Assembly: GCA_963819655.1 (NCBI GenBank)
Contig: CAWFXA010000001.1
Coordinates: 576,001-640,000, forward strand
From: an uncultured Chloroflexia bacterium
GTDB taxonomy: Bacteria > Chloroflexota > Limnocylindria > Limnocylindrales > CSP1-4
Length of the DNA stretch: 64,000 nucleotides
Direction: 5' to 3'
Of the stretch, positions 1-9,953 are shown in pieces (the stretch's first letter is position 1; every line of letters begins with the position of its first letter). The position numbers and the translations under genes are program-made. The notes under the pieces are model-generated. The model ran no database searches. It was not told the DNA's origin and worked only from the letters and a program-made list of their open reading frames with translations.

Positions 1-825
1 CGTCCGCGGGTTGTGTGGCGCGCAGCACGAGTGCTCCGCCGGGTCGCTATGGCGGGGCGTGAAGAAATCATCCGTCCACTCCCAGACGTTACCGGCCATG
101 TCGTACAGGCCGTATCTGTTCGGTGGGAACGAGCGCACCGGCGACGTCCCCTCGAAGCCGTCCTCGAGGGTGTTCTGCCAGGGAAACTCGCCCTGCCAGG
201 TATTGGCCAACATGCGGCCCTTCGGGGCGAACTCGTCGCCCCACACGAAGCGCGCCCCATCGATGCCCCCACGCGCAGCGAACTCCCATTCGGCCTCGGT
301 AGCGAGCGCCTTGCCGGCCCACGTCGCGTACGCCTCGGCGTCCTCGAAGGCGACCTGGGTGACCGGATGACGGTCGCGCCCCACGATCGTGCTGTCGGGT
401 CCCTCGGGCCGGCGCCAGCTGGCGCCGGGCACATAGGCCCACCAGTTGTGGACGTCGGTCAGGTCGACCGGACCCCGTGTCCGCTGGAAGACGAGCGCGC
501 CGGGGACCAAAGCCGCCGGGTCGGCGCCCGGGAAGTCGGCCGGGTCCAGCGGGCGCTCGGCGACCGTGACGTAGCCGGTCGCCTTCACGAACCGGCGGAA
601 GTCGGCGACCGTGACCGGATGCTCGTCCATCCAGAACCCGTCGACGCTGACCGGGTGGACCGGTCGCTCTTCGGGGTAGAACTCGTCGGAGCCCATGAGG
701 AACGTGCCACCGGGGATCCAGGCCATGTTCTTGGCCGGCGCCTGGACGGCTCCTCCATCATTCACCTGGCTCGGGCCATGACCTTCTGCTAGGGGCCCCT
801 GGAGGACGGCTGGCCGGGCGATCAC
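1..825 (-). CDS. Formylglycine-generating enzyme (FGE/SUMF1 family), 3' end runs off window
   Basis: Manual translation (not in ORF track): MAWIPGGTFLMGSDEFYPEERPVHRVSVDGFWMDEHPVT...HPVTQVAFEDAEAY...TEAEWEFAARGG...YGLYDMAGNVWEW; directly downstream of a sulfatase; start (GTG 825) uncertain. Confidence 0.92.
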   Translation of the reverse strand, partial: MIARPAVLQGPLAEGHGPSQVNDGGAVQAPAKNMAWIPGGTFLMGSDEFYPEERPVHPVSVDGFWMDEHPVTVADFRRFVKATGYVTVAERPLDPADFPGADPAALVPGALVFQRTRGPVDLTDVHNWWAYVPGASWRRPEGPDSTIVGRDRHPVTQVAFEDAEAYATWAGKALATEAEWEFAARGGIDGARFVWGDEFAPKGRMLANTWQGEFPWQNTLEDGFEGTSPVRSFPPNRYGLYDMAGNVWEWTDDFFTPRHSDPAEHSCCAPHNPRT

Positions 826-831
826 ATTCCC

Positions 832-3198
832 CTATTGCCGAGCCATGGCCAGCCTAAATCGCTCCTCCGGGGTGATCAGGTGGTCGATGTCCTCGGCGGC
901 CTCGTTGATGTCCAGCTGGACCCAGCGGATCCGTCCGTTGAATTTGCTGTCGCGTGGCTCGTAGTCGTCGCTGACCGGTGTGGCGCTGTCCCAGCCCACG
1001 TCGGTCGTCTCGTCGCCCGAGAACATCATCGGCACAGTCCCATCAACGCGCCCTTCGCCGACCTTGTTCCCGTCGACGTACAGCGTGACGTCGCCACCCT
1101 TGGCAAGCCCGCCGCCGTCGTACGTGAATTCCATCCTGACCTGGTGCTCGCCTGACGGGATGTCCGACTCGCCGTACGTCTTGAACCGTTGCAACCCGAA
1201 GAGGTTGTAGCAGTAGGCGGGTTTCCCGTCCTTCGCGTAGAGGGCAAAGCCTCCGAACGCGCCTCCCTGCGACACGATCACACCGTTCGCGGTGACGCCG
1301 TCCTCGATCGTGATCTCGGCAGTCACGGCATGTGACTTGTTCTTGATGTTGACGACAGAGTTCTCCGATAGCCGGCCCATCCCCCCGAAGAGCATCTGGG
1401 AATTGCCCCGGATGAGGCTGGGTCGACCCGCCAGGTCGGGGTTGAAGCGCTCGGCCCTCCGGTCGTCGAGCGGGAGGACGTTGTACTTGGTCGCTTCGAT
1501 GAGGAACAGGCGCTGCAGTCGAGCGAGTTGCTCCGACTGCTCGGCCGCCAGGTCACGAGACTGGGTCCAGTCGTCCGGCGCGTACAACTCCCATCGATCG
1601 TCATCGAGCGGAGGATTTTGGGCTAGGAGCCATGGGATGCTGTGGCGGGTCACCGCCGTCCAGCCCTGGTGGTAGATCCCGCGATTCACGAACATCTCGA
1701 AGTACTGGGTCGGTCGGTGCTCGGCGGCTTGGGCGTCGTCAAAGGCAGGCCGCATGCTTCGCCCGTGCATCGGCATCTGCTGGATACCGTGCACGAACGT
1801 TGGTTCGGGTAGGCCGGCCGCATCGAGGACGGTCGGCGCCAGGTCGATGACATGGCTGAACTGGCTGCGGATCTCGCCGCGCGCCTTGAAGCCGGACGGC
1901 CAGTGGACGATCGTCCCGTTGCGGGTGCCGCCCCAGTGCGACGCCACTTGCTTGGTCCACTGGTACGGAGTATCCATCGCATGCGCCCAGCCGACCGCGT
2001 AGTGGTTGTAGGCGTCGGGCGTCCCGAACTTGTCGATCCGGGCCATCAGGAACTCCGGCGTCTCGATCGTGGTGACCCCGTTCAGCGGCATCAGCTCGTT
2101 GAATGTCCCGTTCGGAGTTCCCTCGGCAGAGGCACCGTTATCGCCGATGATGTAGTAGACGAGCGTGTCGTCGAGGACCTCGAGGTCGGCGAGGGCGTCG
2201 ATCAGGCGGCCGACGTGGTGATCGGTGTGCTCGAGGAAACCGGCGTACACCTCCATCTGCCGCGCGAGGATCGGCTTCATCTCCGCCGGCATGTCCGCCC
2301 AGGCCGGGATCTCGGGGGGACGCGCCGTCAGTTCGGCGTCGGGCGGGATGACGCCAAGCTCCTTCTGGCGGGCGTATGTCTTCTTCCGGAGCTCGTCCCA
2401 ACCCTGGTCGAACTTGCCCTTGTAGCGGTCCGACCACTCGGGCCGGACATGATGTGGCGCGTGGGTCGCGCCCGGCGCAAAGTAGATGAAGAACGGCTTG
2501 TCCGCCATGAGCGCCTTCTGCTGGCGGACCCAATCGATCGCCTGATCGGTCATGTCCTCAGTGAAGTGATAGCCCTCTTCGGGCGTCCGGTCCTGCTCCA
2601 CCGGAACCGTGTTCTTATAGATCGCCGGCGCGTACTGGTTCGTCTCGCCGCCGATGAAGCCGTAGAAATATTCGAACCCGCCGCCGCCAGAGGGCCAGTT
2701 GTCGAACGGCCCCATCGGCGAGGTCTGCCAGACCGGGACCTCATGGCACTTTCCGAACTGGGCCGTGGAGTAACCGTTGAGCTTCAGCGTCTCGGCCAGC
2801 GGAGCGGCAGACTTCGGACGAAGTGAGCTGTAGCCGGGCGCCGACGTGGCGATCTCGGTGATCCCGCCCATCCCTATCGCGTGATGGTTGCGCCCGCTCA
2901 AGAGAGCTGCCCTCGTGGGCGAGCACAGGGCCGTCGTGTGGAAGCGGTTGAACTTCACGCCATTGGCGGCCAGACGTTCGGCCGTAGGGGTGAAGATCGG
3001 ACCGCCGAAGGCAGAGGAGGCGCCGAAGCCGGTGTCGTCGATGAGCACGACCAGCACGTTGGGTGCACCCTTGGGCGGTCGGAGCTCGCGGATCGGCGGA
3101 TAGCTCGTGTCCGGGTCCTTGGCATCGTAGGTCGTAAGTCCGACGTGCGTCCCGTCCGGGATCGGCAGCACGCTTCGCTGGATAGCGTCGTCGCTCAT
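832..3198 (-). CDS. Arylsulfatase (Cys-type), no signal peptide
   Basis: PNVLVVLIDDTG, CSPTR (CxPxR) motif, GKCH, GDNG; C-terminal beta domain. Confidence 0.95.
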   Translation of the reverse strand: MSDDAIQRSVLPIPDGTHVGLTTYDAKDPDTSYPPIRELRPPKGAPNVLVVLIDDTGFGASSAFGGPIFTPTAERLAANGVKFNRFHTTALCSPTRAALLSGRNHHAIGMGGITEIATSAPGYSSLRPKSAAPLAETLKLNGYSTAQFGKCHEVPVWQTSPMGPFDNWPSGGGGFEYFYGFIGGETNQYAPAIYKNTVPVEQDRTPEEGYHFTEDMTDQAIDWVRQQKALMADKPFFIYFAPGATHAPHHVRPEWSDRYKGKFDQGWDELRKKTYARQKELGVIPPDAELTARPPEIPAWADMPAEMKPILARQMEVYAGFLEHTDHHVGRLIDALADLEVLDDTLVYYIIGDNGASAEGTPNGTFNELMPLNGVTTIETPEFLMARIDKFGTPDAYNHYAVGWAHAMDTPYQWTKQVASHWGGTRNGTIVHWPSGFKARGEIRSQFSHVIDLAPTVLDAAGLPEPTFVHGIQQMPMHGRSMRPAFDDAQAAEHRPTQYFEMFVNRGIYHQGWTAVTRHSIPWLLAQNPPLDDDRWELYAPDDWTQSRDLAAEQSEQLARLQRLFLIEATKYNVLPLDDRRAERFNPDLAGRPSLIRGNSQMLFGGMGRLSENSVVNIKNKSHAVTAEITIEDGVTANGVIVSQGGAFGGFALYAKDGKPAYCYNLFGLQRFKTYGESDIPSGEHQVRMEFTYDGGGLAKGGDVTLYVDGNKVGEGRVDGTVPMMFSGDETTDVGWDSATPVSDDYEPRDSKFNGRIRWVQLDINEAAEDIDHLITPEERFRLAMARQ

Positions 3199-3275
3199 CT
3201 GGATCTCTTACCTCCGGATCGCCGTCGCAGCGACCACTACGAAGGCATCGTCGACGTGCGTCACGACCGCGCGCA

Positions 3276-3292
3276 TCACCCTGTTGGGATGC
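3276..3292. promoter_or_regulatory. 17-bp palindromic operator (TCACCCtgttgGGATGC)
   Basis: Matches repeated consensus TCAYCC-N5-GGRTGA; 78 bp upstream of sulfatase start. Confidence 0.65.
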
Positions 3293-3359
3293 TGTCAGCA
3301 AGGTTGCTGTGCCTGCAGGGTCGATGTCGAGGGCTGACCGTCGTGAAGCCCGTAGGCCA

Positions 3360-4079
3360 TCAGGTCGGCGGGCTGTTCAGGACCGGCAGCAGGAAGCCGA
3401 CCGCGGTGGCCGCCCCGGCGAGCGCACCGCCGCGCTCGTAGGCGAACGGCATCAATGAATTCGTGAGCATCGCGAGCAGGCCCCCGGCGGCGATAGCAGC
3501 CGCTCGATCGCCCATGGCGTCAACGGCGACCTGTGTGACGAGGAAGCCCAGCGCGGCGGCGATGCCGCAGGCGAGGACCACCACACCCCAGAGCTGTGCG
3601 AGCTTGGCGGCACTCCAGCCGGCCGCCCTGAGGTCGGCCGATGGGGCGATGGCCTGCGGGATGTTCGACACGAAGACGGCCGTGAGGAAACTCGGGCTTA
3701 CCGTGAGGCCGGCACCGATCTGGATGCCGAAGATGATCGACTCGGGGACGCCGTCGACGACCGAGCCGACCACGATCCCCATCGACGCACCGGCTCCTTC
3801 CGTGCCGAACCGCTTCTCGACCACCGCGTCGCCAACGAGGAAGATGGTGACGCCGAGGAGCGTCCACAAGGCCATCTCCGCCCCGCTGATGTTCGTCTGA
3901 GCCTCGGGGATCAGCTCGAAGGCGATCGCCGCGATCAAGGCGCCACCACCGAACCCGGCCAGGATGCCGATCAGGCGGGTCGGCACGGTGATCCAGCAGA
4001 CCGCCAATCCGGCCAGGAACAGCGACGACTGGGCGATCAGGCCTAATCCGAACGCCTCGAGCAGCATCTGCGCCTCCAT
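3360..4079 (-). CDS. ZIP-family-like metal transporter / membrane protein
   Basis: Multi-TM; DGVPESI and SNIPQ motifs resemble ZIP TM4/TM5; probably leaderless (CACACT 5 nt before ATG). Confidence 0.75.
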   Translation of the reverse strand: MEAQMLLEAFGLGLIAQSSLFLAGLAVCWITVPTRLIGILAGFGGGALIAAIAFELIPEAQTNISGAEMALWTLLGVTIFLVGDAVVEKRFGTEGAGASMGIVVGSVVDGVPESIIFGIQIGAGLTVSPSFLTAVFVSNIPQAIAPSADLRAAGWSAAKLAQLWGVVVLACGIAAALGFLVTQVAVDAMGDRAAAIAAGGLLAMLTNSLMPFAYERGGALAGAATAVGFLLPVLNSPPT

Positions 4080-4112
4080 GTCGGAGTGTGCGCCCCGCCC
4101 GTGTAGGGTCCG

Positions 4113-4129
4113 TCACCCGTTTCAGGCGA
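4113..4129. promoter_or_regulatory. 17-bp palindromic operator (TCACCCgtttcAGGCGA)
   Basis: Consensus match; 22 nt upstream of -10-like CACACT on minus strand. Confidence 0.65.
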
Positions 4130-6314
4130 CGCTCCGGTGACCGGGACTACCCGGCGGTCGCGGTTCCCGGGCTGCGTCTTCCCCTGACGGAATGACCGGG
4201 CGGGCCGCTTGCGCCGCCTGCGGGCCGAGCTTGATCCCGATCGAGTCCAGCCAGCGCCGGATGTTCCGGTAGATCGCCGGTGCTCCGAGGGGCACCTCCT
4301 CGTCGAGCTCCCATTCGAGCGGGTGAAGGATGAACGGCTGGGTCTGCGGGCCTCCGAGGCCGCCGTGCGAGCCGATGAGCTCCTCGAACGCCGCCACCTC
4401 GCCGAGCTCGGGATCGTACTGGCTGATCAGCAGCAGGTCCGGCGCATGGGTCATCTCGTCTGCGCGCTTGAGGCTCATCACCGTGTGCGGCCCGAACAGG
4501 GTCGTCGGGTCCTCGCCTTCGACTCGGTCCTGGTCGAGGAAGCGCGTTCCCCGCGGCCCGAAGACGACGGCGCCGCGCGCCTTCGAGCGGACCAGGAGCA
4601 TCGCGACGCCCGGATGCGCCGCGACGGCGGCTACGAGACCCGGGTGCAACTCTTCGAGCTCCTCGACCGTGAGACGCTGATCGTGGCCGGTGAACCAGAC
4701 CAATCCGAGGTTCCCGGAACCGACCACCGCGATCGTCGATGCATCGGCGAGCGACAGTTTCTTCTCGTCCTTTTCCTCAGCGGTCTCGTCGAGGTTGACG
4801 ACGCCATCCGTTGTCTTGCTCGCCAGCGCGGCCCGGGCGACGGTGGGACCGACCCCTCGGCTCTGCGTGATCTCGGAGAGCATCGAGTTGACGAACGCCG
4901 ACCCCTCGGCCTTGGTCTTCGTCTCGACGAGGGTGGCCCGGCCGCTCATGAGGCTTCGCACGAACTCGCCCAGGCTGACGCCATACCGCTGGAGAAAGGT
5001 CTCGCCGAGGCTCTGGCCATGGTCGGACAGAACGACGAACTTGTACGGGCGCGGTGCCTCATCCGTCGCCTTGACGAGTGATGCGATCGCCTCGTCGACC
5101 CCGTCAAGCGCCTGGAACGATTCGACGCGTTCTGGCCCGCAGTGGTGGGCCAGCTCGTCGTAGTCGGTGAAATCCGCGTAGATGACATTCGTCCCGCGGT
5201 ACATCTCCTCGATGATCAGCGCGACGTTGACGTCGCGGAGCAGGACATTGCTGGCAGCGCGCATCCCCGCGTATTTCATCCCTCGGTGCATCTGCGGACG
5301 GATTCCCGCGCGTCTCGTGCGTCTGGCCTGGGCCAGCTCCTTGACGAACTCACCGAGGAACAGGGTGAACGAGCGCAGGTACCCGGTCGGGCTGAAGAAG
5401 AACGACATGAACGCCTGGCTGTCGCCGATGCCGCCGCCCTCCGCCTTGATCGCCGCGGTGGTCAGGTACGCGCGGGTGGCGTCGCCGGTCACCAGATTGC
5501 AGATGCTCGCGCCGTTGTTCGAGAGCAGGCCTTCGCCGTTCGAGACGCGCTGCACGATGAGGGCCGCGTCCACGGGGCTGCTCGACACCATCAGGTGCTG
5601 GCGATCGCGTTCGTACCAGCGGAAGGCGGGGATTCCGTCGTTGTTGCCATGGAGGATGCCGGCCTGGCTGGCCGACGTCATCGATGGCAGGATCGCCTCC
5701 CAGCGGGACAGTTTGTGGGTCCCATCACGAACCCAGTTGGCCATCGTGTTGACAGAACCGGCACGCATCCGGCCGGCCAGGATCGGATGGGCGAGTCCGT
5801 CGATCTGGAGGATCACGAGGCCGGGCTTTTCCGAGTGACCGACTGAGCGCTTGACCATCAGGCGCTGGACCAGGAGGCCGTAATAGGAACCGTCGCGGTC
5901 GATGCCCAGGATCGCCGTGAGGATGGTGTTGAAGATCGCGTACACGAACGACCCGATCAACGCCGTCACGAAGCCATCGACATGGACGCCCGGAGCCCAT
6001 TGCGCGACGACGATGAACGAGAGCACCTGGAAGACGAGCACGAGGACCGCGACGAGGATCAGCGACACGGGTGCCGCGAGCGTGAGCGCGACCGGCCGGA
6101 CGGCCGCGTTGAACAGCGCGACGAGGATGACCGCGACTACGGCGTCCAGCGGGCGATCGATGGTGATCCCGGGCATGATCCAGACCGTCGCCAGGAACGA
6201 GATGGTGGCGACGACCAGCGTGATGATCAGCCGGCGCAGCAGCGCCCAGGGCCCGCCACGCCACTCCCAGAGCACGCGAAGCTGTGTCCCGTAGAAGTCG
6301 AGCAGCCGTCGCAT
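4122..6314 (-). CDS. 4-TM holin-like membrane domain fused to alkaline-phosphatase-superfamily (phosphodiesterase-type) domain
   Basis: N-terminal 4 TM; QIDGL, PSMTSASQ, DYDELAHH, VLSDHGQ, GSHGG metal-binding motifs. Confidence 0.85.
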   Translation of the reverse strand: MRRLLDFYGTQLRVLWEWRGGPWALLRRLIITLVVATISFLATVWIMPGITIDRPLDAVVAVILVALFNAAVRPVALTLAAPVSLILVAVLVLVFQVLSFIVVAQWAPGVHVDGFVTALIGSFVYAIFNTILTAILGIDRDGSYYGLLVQRLMVKRSVGHSEKPGLVILQIDGLAHPILAGRMRAGSVNTMANWVRDGTHKLSRWEAILPSMTSASQAGILHGNNDGIPAFRWYERDRQHLMVSSSPVDAALIVQRVSNGEGLLSNNGASICNLVTGDATRAYLTTAAIKAEGGGIGDSQAFMSFFFSPTGYLRSFTLFLGEFVKELAQARRTRRAGIRPQMHRGMKYAGMRAASNVLLRDVNVALIIEEMYRGTNVIYADFTDYDELAHHCGPERVESFQALDGVDEAIASLVKATDEAPRPYKFVVLSDHGQSLGETFLQRYGVSLGEFVRSLMSGRATLVETKTKAEGSAFVNSMLSEITQSRGVGPTVARAALASKTTDGVVNLDETAEEKDEKKLSLADASTIAVVGSGNLGLVWFTGHDQRLTVEELEELHPGLVAAVAAHPGVAMLLVRSKARGAVVFGPRGTRFLDQDRVEGEDPTTLFGPHTVMSLKRADEMTHAPDLLLISQYDPELGEVAAFEELIGSHGGLGGPQTQPFILHPLEWELDEEVPLGAPAIYRNIRRWLDSIGIKLGPQAAQAARPVIPSGEDAAREPRPPGSPGHRSVA

Positions 6315-6399
6315 CGTCAGCCTCCGCAGGAACCGCTAGGTGCGCGTCTCCGCATCGCGACGTCCCTGATGCGGGAAAGGATAGGCCGGGCCTCCCGGT

Positions 6400-6416
6400 T
6401 CACGTCATCGGGGTGA
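6400..6416. promoter_or_regulatory. 17-bp palindromic operator (TCACGTcatcgGGGTGA)
   Basis: Consensus match upstream of 4122..6314. Confidence 0.55.
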
Positions 6417-6504
6417 CTGCCGCCACGCCCAGCGACCGAACGTGGCGATCCGGCTGGAAGTGTCTCAGGCGTCCAGCCGGATCGTGCTGCTTGTTGACGG
6501 GCGG

Positions 6505-6675
6505 TCAGATCCGCCGGCGACCGATTCCCCTCCCGGGGGTGACGGCAGCGGCGACGACCGCGGCCTTCGCGACCGGAGAGGGCCCGGGCTTGACGGCTGC
6601 GGTCACGACCGCGGCCTTCGCCACCGGAGCCCCGATGACGCCGACTCGTCCGATTCGTGCTGGTCGCAGTGGCAT
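6505..6675 (-). CDS. 56-aa basic/hydrophobic protein with internal repeat
   Basis: MPLRPARIGRVGVIGAPVAKAAVVTAAVKPGPSPVAKAAVVAAAVTPGRGIGRRRI*; AGGAG RBS; ATG 1 nt after the DUF6325 stop. Confidence 0.7.
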   Translation of the reverse strand: MPLRPARIGRVGVIGAPVAKAAVVTAAVKPGPSPVAKAAVVAAAVTPGRGIGRRRI

Positions 6676-6676
6676 G

Positions 6677-7135
6677 TCACGCTCCTACGTTGGCGGCAGC
6701 TTCATCGGCCTGGATGGAGGCGATGATGGCCTGGATCGGGATCCGCCCATTGGCGATCAGTCGGCCACCCGAGTGGCGCGCCGCCGCAGCGAATGGCGCA
6801 GCCCACAGATTCTCCCAGATGAGGACGCCTGCCGTGCTGCCGGGCTCCATGGCCGCGGCAAGGTTCACGACGTCCTCCTCGGCCAGCAGCTCGGCCAGCT
6901 GGGCTTCGATCTGCTGCAGCTCTCCGAGCTCGTCCACATCGGACAACTCTGCCGACGAGATCGTGCCGTCCGCGTCCTTGGTCAGGATCAGGATGTCGAT
7001 CACGCGAATGGTTCCAGCGTCGGACAGCTTGACGAGCTCTCTCGCCATGTCGCCCGTGAAGTTGCTGGCACCCGCCGGAAACTCAACGATGAGATAGTCG
7101 ACGGGACCGAGTTCATCGAGGGACGCTTCTGTCAT
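6677..7135 (-). CDS. DUF6325/DUF1269-like acidic protein
   Basis: MTEASLDELGPVDYLIVEFP...IRVIDILIL...LIWENLWAAPFA; AAGGA RBS; start reassigned to ATG 7135. Confidence 0.85.
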   Translation of the reverse strand: MTEASLDELGPVDYLIVEFPAGASNFTGDMARELVKLSDAGTIRVIDILILTKDADGTISSAELSDVDELGELQQIEAQLAELLAEEDVVNLAAAMEPGSTAGVLIWENLWAAPFAAAARHSGGRLIANGRIPIQAIIASIQADEAAANVGA

Positions 7136-7223
7136 GCGCAGTTCCTTCACATCGGCTCGGCCGCGCGCTCCCGGTCGGGACCCGGGGCCTAGGTCAACGT
7201 ACCGTCGAACGCCGGCCTGTCCA

Positions 7224-7240
7224 TCACCTCGAACGGGTGA
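7224..7240. promoter_or_regulatory. 17-bp palindromic operator (TCACCTcgaacGGGTGA)
   Basis: Consensus match in a divergent region; TACGTT 22 nt away on minus strand, CACCAT 23 nt away on plus strand. Confidence 0.7.
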
Positions 7241-7396
7241 CCCAGAGGCCCATGCGCAAGTACCACCATGCGGACGACGGCGATCTGCAGCCAGGGACAG
7301 GGGCGGCATGGCGTTCTTCGACGATGCGCCGACCAGACGGGTCCCTCTCGAGTGCCGGACCCCATCGTTCACCGGCCACGTGGCGGCGGCGGCGCG

Positions 7397-9106
7397 GTGA
7401 CCAGCACGCCGGGCACACCTGACGTGTCCGGCCTCACGGCATGGGTCCCGGCAGTCGGCTGGCTGCGGCGCTACGACCGTGCATGGCTGCGCGCGGACAT
7501 CATCGCCGCCGTGACCGTCTGGGCGGTGGTCGTGCCGCAGGCGATCGCATACGCCGGCATCGCCGGCCTGGAGCCCGGCTCGGGCCTGTTCGCGGCCGCG
7601 GCCGGGCTGGTCGCCTACGGGCTGTTGGGCACCTCGAAACAAATCATCGTCAGTCCGACGTCATCGACCGCGGCGGTCTCCGCGTCGATCATCGCGGCGG
7701 TCGCCGCCGGCAACGTCGAACGGTTCGGGGTCCTCTCGGCAGCCCTCGCGCTCCTGGCCGGGATCGCGCTATTGGTCATGGGCGTCGCGAAGCTCGGGTT
7801 CGTCGCCAGGTTCATCCCGCACGGCGTCCATGTCGGCTTCATGTTCGGGCTGGGTCTCACGATCATCGCCGGCCAGGCGGCCAAGATCCTCGGTGTCCCT
7901 GGAACATCGGGCACGTTCGGCGAGCAACTTCGCCAGGTCACGGCCAGCGTGGCCCAGATGGGAATCAATCCATGGGCCGTCGTCATCGGGGTCGGCGCGC
8001 TGGCTGCCCTGCTCGTCGGCCGTCGGGTCGCCCCGGCACTCCCGGTCGCGATCGTCGTCGTCGTCGCGGGCATCGCCGCCGTCGCCCTGTTCGACCTCGC
8101 CGCCCGCGGCGTCGCCGTCATCGGGCAGGTCACCGGTGGCTGGCCGATGCCGTCCCTGCCGCTCGTCGGCGCAGGGGAACTGTTGGTCCTCGTGCCCGGG
8201 GCGATCGCGCTCTCGATCGTCGCGACGGCCGAGAGCCTGACCGTCGCACAGCAGCTCGCGGACAAGCACCGCAAGGAGATCCGGCCCGACCAGGAACTCG
8301 TGGCCAACGGCGGGGGGAACGCATTGTCCGGGCTGTTCGGAGGCTTCATCGTCGGCGGTGGAGCGAGCCAGAGTGCCGCCAACGACGCTGCCGGCGGGCG
8401 GACGCAGATCGTGTCGTTCATCGTCGCGGCCCTCACCGTCCTGACCTCGGTCGCGCTCCTGCCGCTGTTCGCCGATCTGCCCCAGCCGGTCCTTGGGGCC
8501 ATCGTCATCAGTGGGGTGGTCGGCTTCCTGCGCGTCGTCGAGGTGCGCCGCATCCGCTCACTCCGGCGCGACGCATTCGTCGGCACGCTGGTGGCGCTCG
8601 CCGCCACGCTCGTCCTCGGCATCCTGCCGGGCCTCATCGTTTCGATCATCCTCGCGCTGCTGGTGCTGCTCGTGCGTCTCGCCAAGCCGACCATGTCGGC
8701 GCTGGGGCACCTGGCCGACCGCCGGACCTGGGTCGCGCTCGAGCGGGCGCCGGACGCCCGAACCGAGCCCGGGCTGCTGGTGTTGCGCATCGACGCCCCC
8801 TTGCTCTACCTGAACGCCGGGCTGATGCGGGACGAGCTTCGGTCGGCGCTGGCCGCTGCGGACCCACCGCCGACGGTCGTCATCCTCGACCTCTCGATGT
8901 CGTCCGATCTCGACATCGAGAGTCTCGATATGCTGGTTCGCCTGGCCGAGCATGCCGCAGGGGCCGGCACGGAGCTCTGGCTCGCCGAGGTCCGTGGGCC
9001 GTTACGCGACATGTTCGAGCGGGCCGGGATCGATGCGGAGACCGGGAAACCACGCGTCTTCCGGTCGATGTCGGACGCGATGGCCTCTTTCGAGGCCGCA
9101 ACGTGA
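7397..9106 (+). CDS. SulP/SLC26 anion transporter with STAS domain
   Basis: ADIIAAVTVWAVVVPQAIAYA, QELVANG, C-terminal STAS (DAPLLYLNA...VVILDLS); GTG start inferred. Confidence 0.92.
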   Translation: MTSTPGTPDVSGLTAWVPAVGWLRRYDRAWLRADIIAAVTVWAVVVPQAIAYAGIAGLEPGSGLFAAAAGLVAYGLLGTSKQIIVSPTSSTAAVSASIIAAVAAGNVERFGVLSAALALLAGIALLVMGVAKLGFVARFIPHGVHVGFMFGLGLTIIAGQAAKILGVPGTSGTFGEQLRQVTASVAQMGINPWAVVIGVGALAALLVGRRVAPALPVAIVVVVAGIAAVALFDLAARGVAVIGQVTGGWPMPSLPLVGAGELLVLVPGAIALSIVATAESLTVAQQLADKHRKEIRPDQELVANGGGNALSGLFGGFIVGGGASQSAANDAAGGRTQIVSFIVAALTVLTSVALLPLFADLPQPVLGAIVISGVVGFLRVVEVRRIRSLRRDAFVGTLVALAATLVLGILPGLIVSIILALLVLLVRLAKPTMSALGHLADRRTWVALERAPDARTEPGLLVLRIDAPLLYLNAGLMRDELRSALAAADPPPTVVILDLSMSSDLDIESLDMLVRLAEHAAGAGTELWLAEVRGPLRDMFERAGIDAETGKPRVFRSMSDAMASFEAAT

Positions 9107-9255
9107 CCAGCGACCCGGTGGCCTCGCCCGACACGCCCGCATCGCCCGAAGAGGATGGCCGATCCCTGCGACGAGCGGCGACTCTGACCGCCGCTGTCGG
9201 GATCGCCTTCAGCGTCCTGTTCGTTTCGTATCGTGACCGGGAGGGGGGTCGCTAG
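9103..9255 (+). pseudogene. Probable truncated membrane-protein remnant (50 aa)
   Basis: GTGA-coupled to SulP; a single TM (LTAAVGIAFSVLFV), then ends abruptly just before GAP. Confidence 0.4.
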
Positions 9256-9936
9256 ATGCTCGACCAGGCGCTCGGGGACCTGTTGCCGCTGGCAATCGGG
9301 ATCGCGATCAGCCCGATCCCGATCATCGCCTGCATCCTGATCCTGTTCTCCCCCAGTGCCCGGGTGAACGGGCCCTTGTTCCTGCTCGGCTGGGTCATCG
9401 GGGTCGCCGCGGTCACGACCCTCGTGCTGCTCCTGTCAGGTACGGCGGGGGCGACAGACTCGTCAGCGAGCGGGCCACCGATCGGGGCAGTCGTCATGAC
9501 TCTCCTCGGCCTGGCGGCGATCGCCCTCGGGATCAGGCAATGGCGCTCGCAGCCCAAGCCGGGTGAAGAGGCGAAGCTGCCCGCCTGGATGTCGGCGATC
9601 GCGGACTTTCCGCCGCTGCGTGCGCTGGCGTTTGGGATCCTGCTGTCGGCGCTGAACCCGAAGAACCTGGCGTTCGCCGCCGCGGCCGGCGTGACCATCG
9701 ATGGTGCCGTGGCAGCCGGTGGCAACGCTGTGGCGATGATCGTCCTGTTCGTGATCCTGGCGAGTCTCTCGATCGCGGTTCCGGTGGGTTACGTCCTCGT
9801 CGGCGGTGCTGGCGCGCGTCAACGGCTCGAGGGCTGGCGATCGTGGTTGACCGCGCACAACGCTGCGGTCATGGCGGTGCTGTTCGTCGTCATCGGCGCC
9901 AAGTTGCTGGGAGAGGGGCTGGACGGGCTGCAGTAG
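9256..9936 (+). CDS. GAP/Sap (SfLAP) family membrane protein
   Basis: LPLAIGIAISPIPIIA, NPKNL, WL..HNAAVMAVLF motifs. Confidence 0.88.
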   Translation: MLDQALGDLLPLAIGIAISPIPIIACILILFSPSARVNGPLFLLGWVIGVAAVTTLVLLLSGTAGATDSSASGPPIGAVVMTLLGLAAIALGIRQWRSQPKPGEEAKLPAWMSAIADFPPLRALAFGILLSALNPKNLAFAAAAGVTIDGAVAAGGNAVAMIVLFVILASLSIAVPVGYVLVGGAGARQRLEGWRSWLTAHNAAVMAVLFVVIGAKLLGEGLDGLQ

Positions 9937-9953
9937 AGGGGGCGCGCCCAGCT

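Noticed and set aside
4122-6314. Prophage suggested by the holin-like domain
   Set aside because: No phage structural, lysin, integrase or replication genes nearby; the domain is fused to an enzyme
6505-6675. 56-aa peptide as a third ARRW-family member
   Set aside because: Ends GRRRI, lacks the acidic -6 residue and terminal Trp, and has a different repeat architecture
7245-7400. Short ORFs upstream of SulP (e.g. MAFFDDAPTRR..., GTGA-coupled)
   Set aside because: No recognisable motif; may be a remnant but cannot be supported
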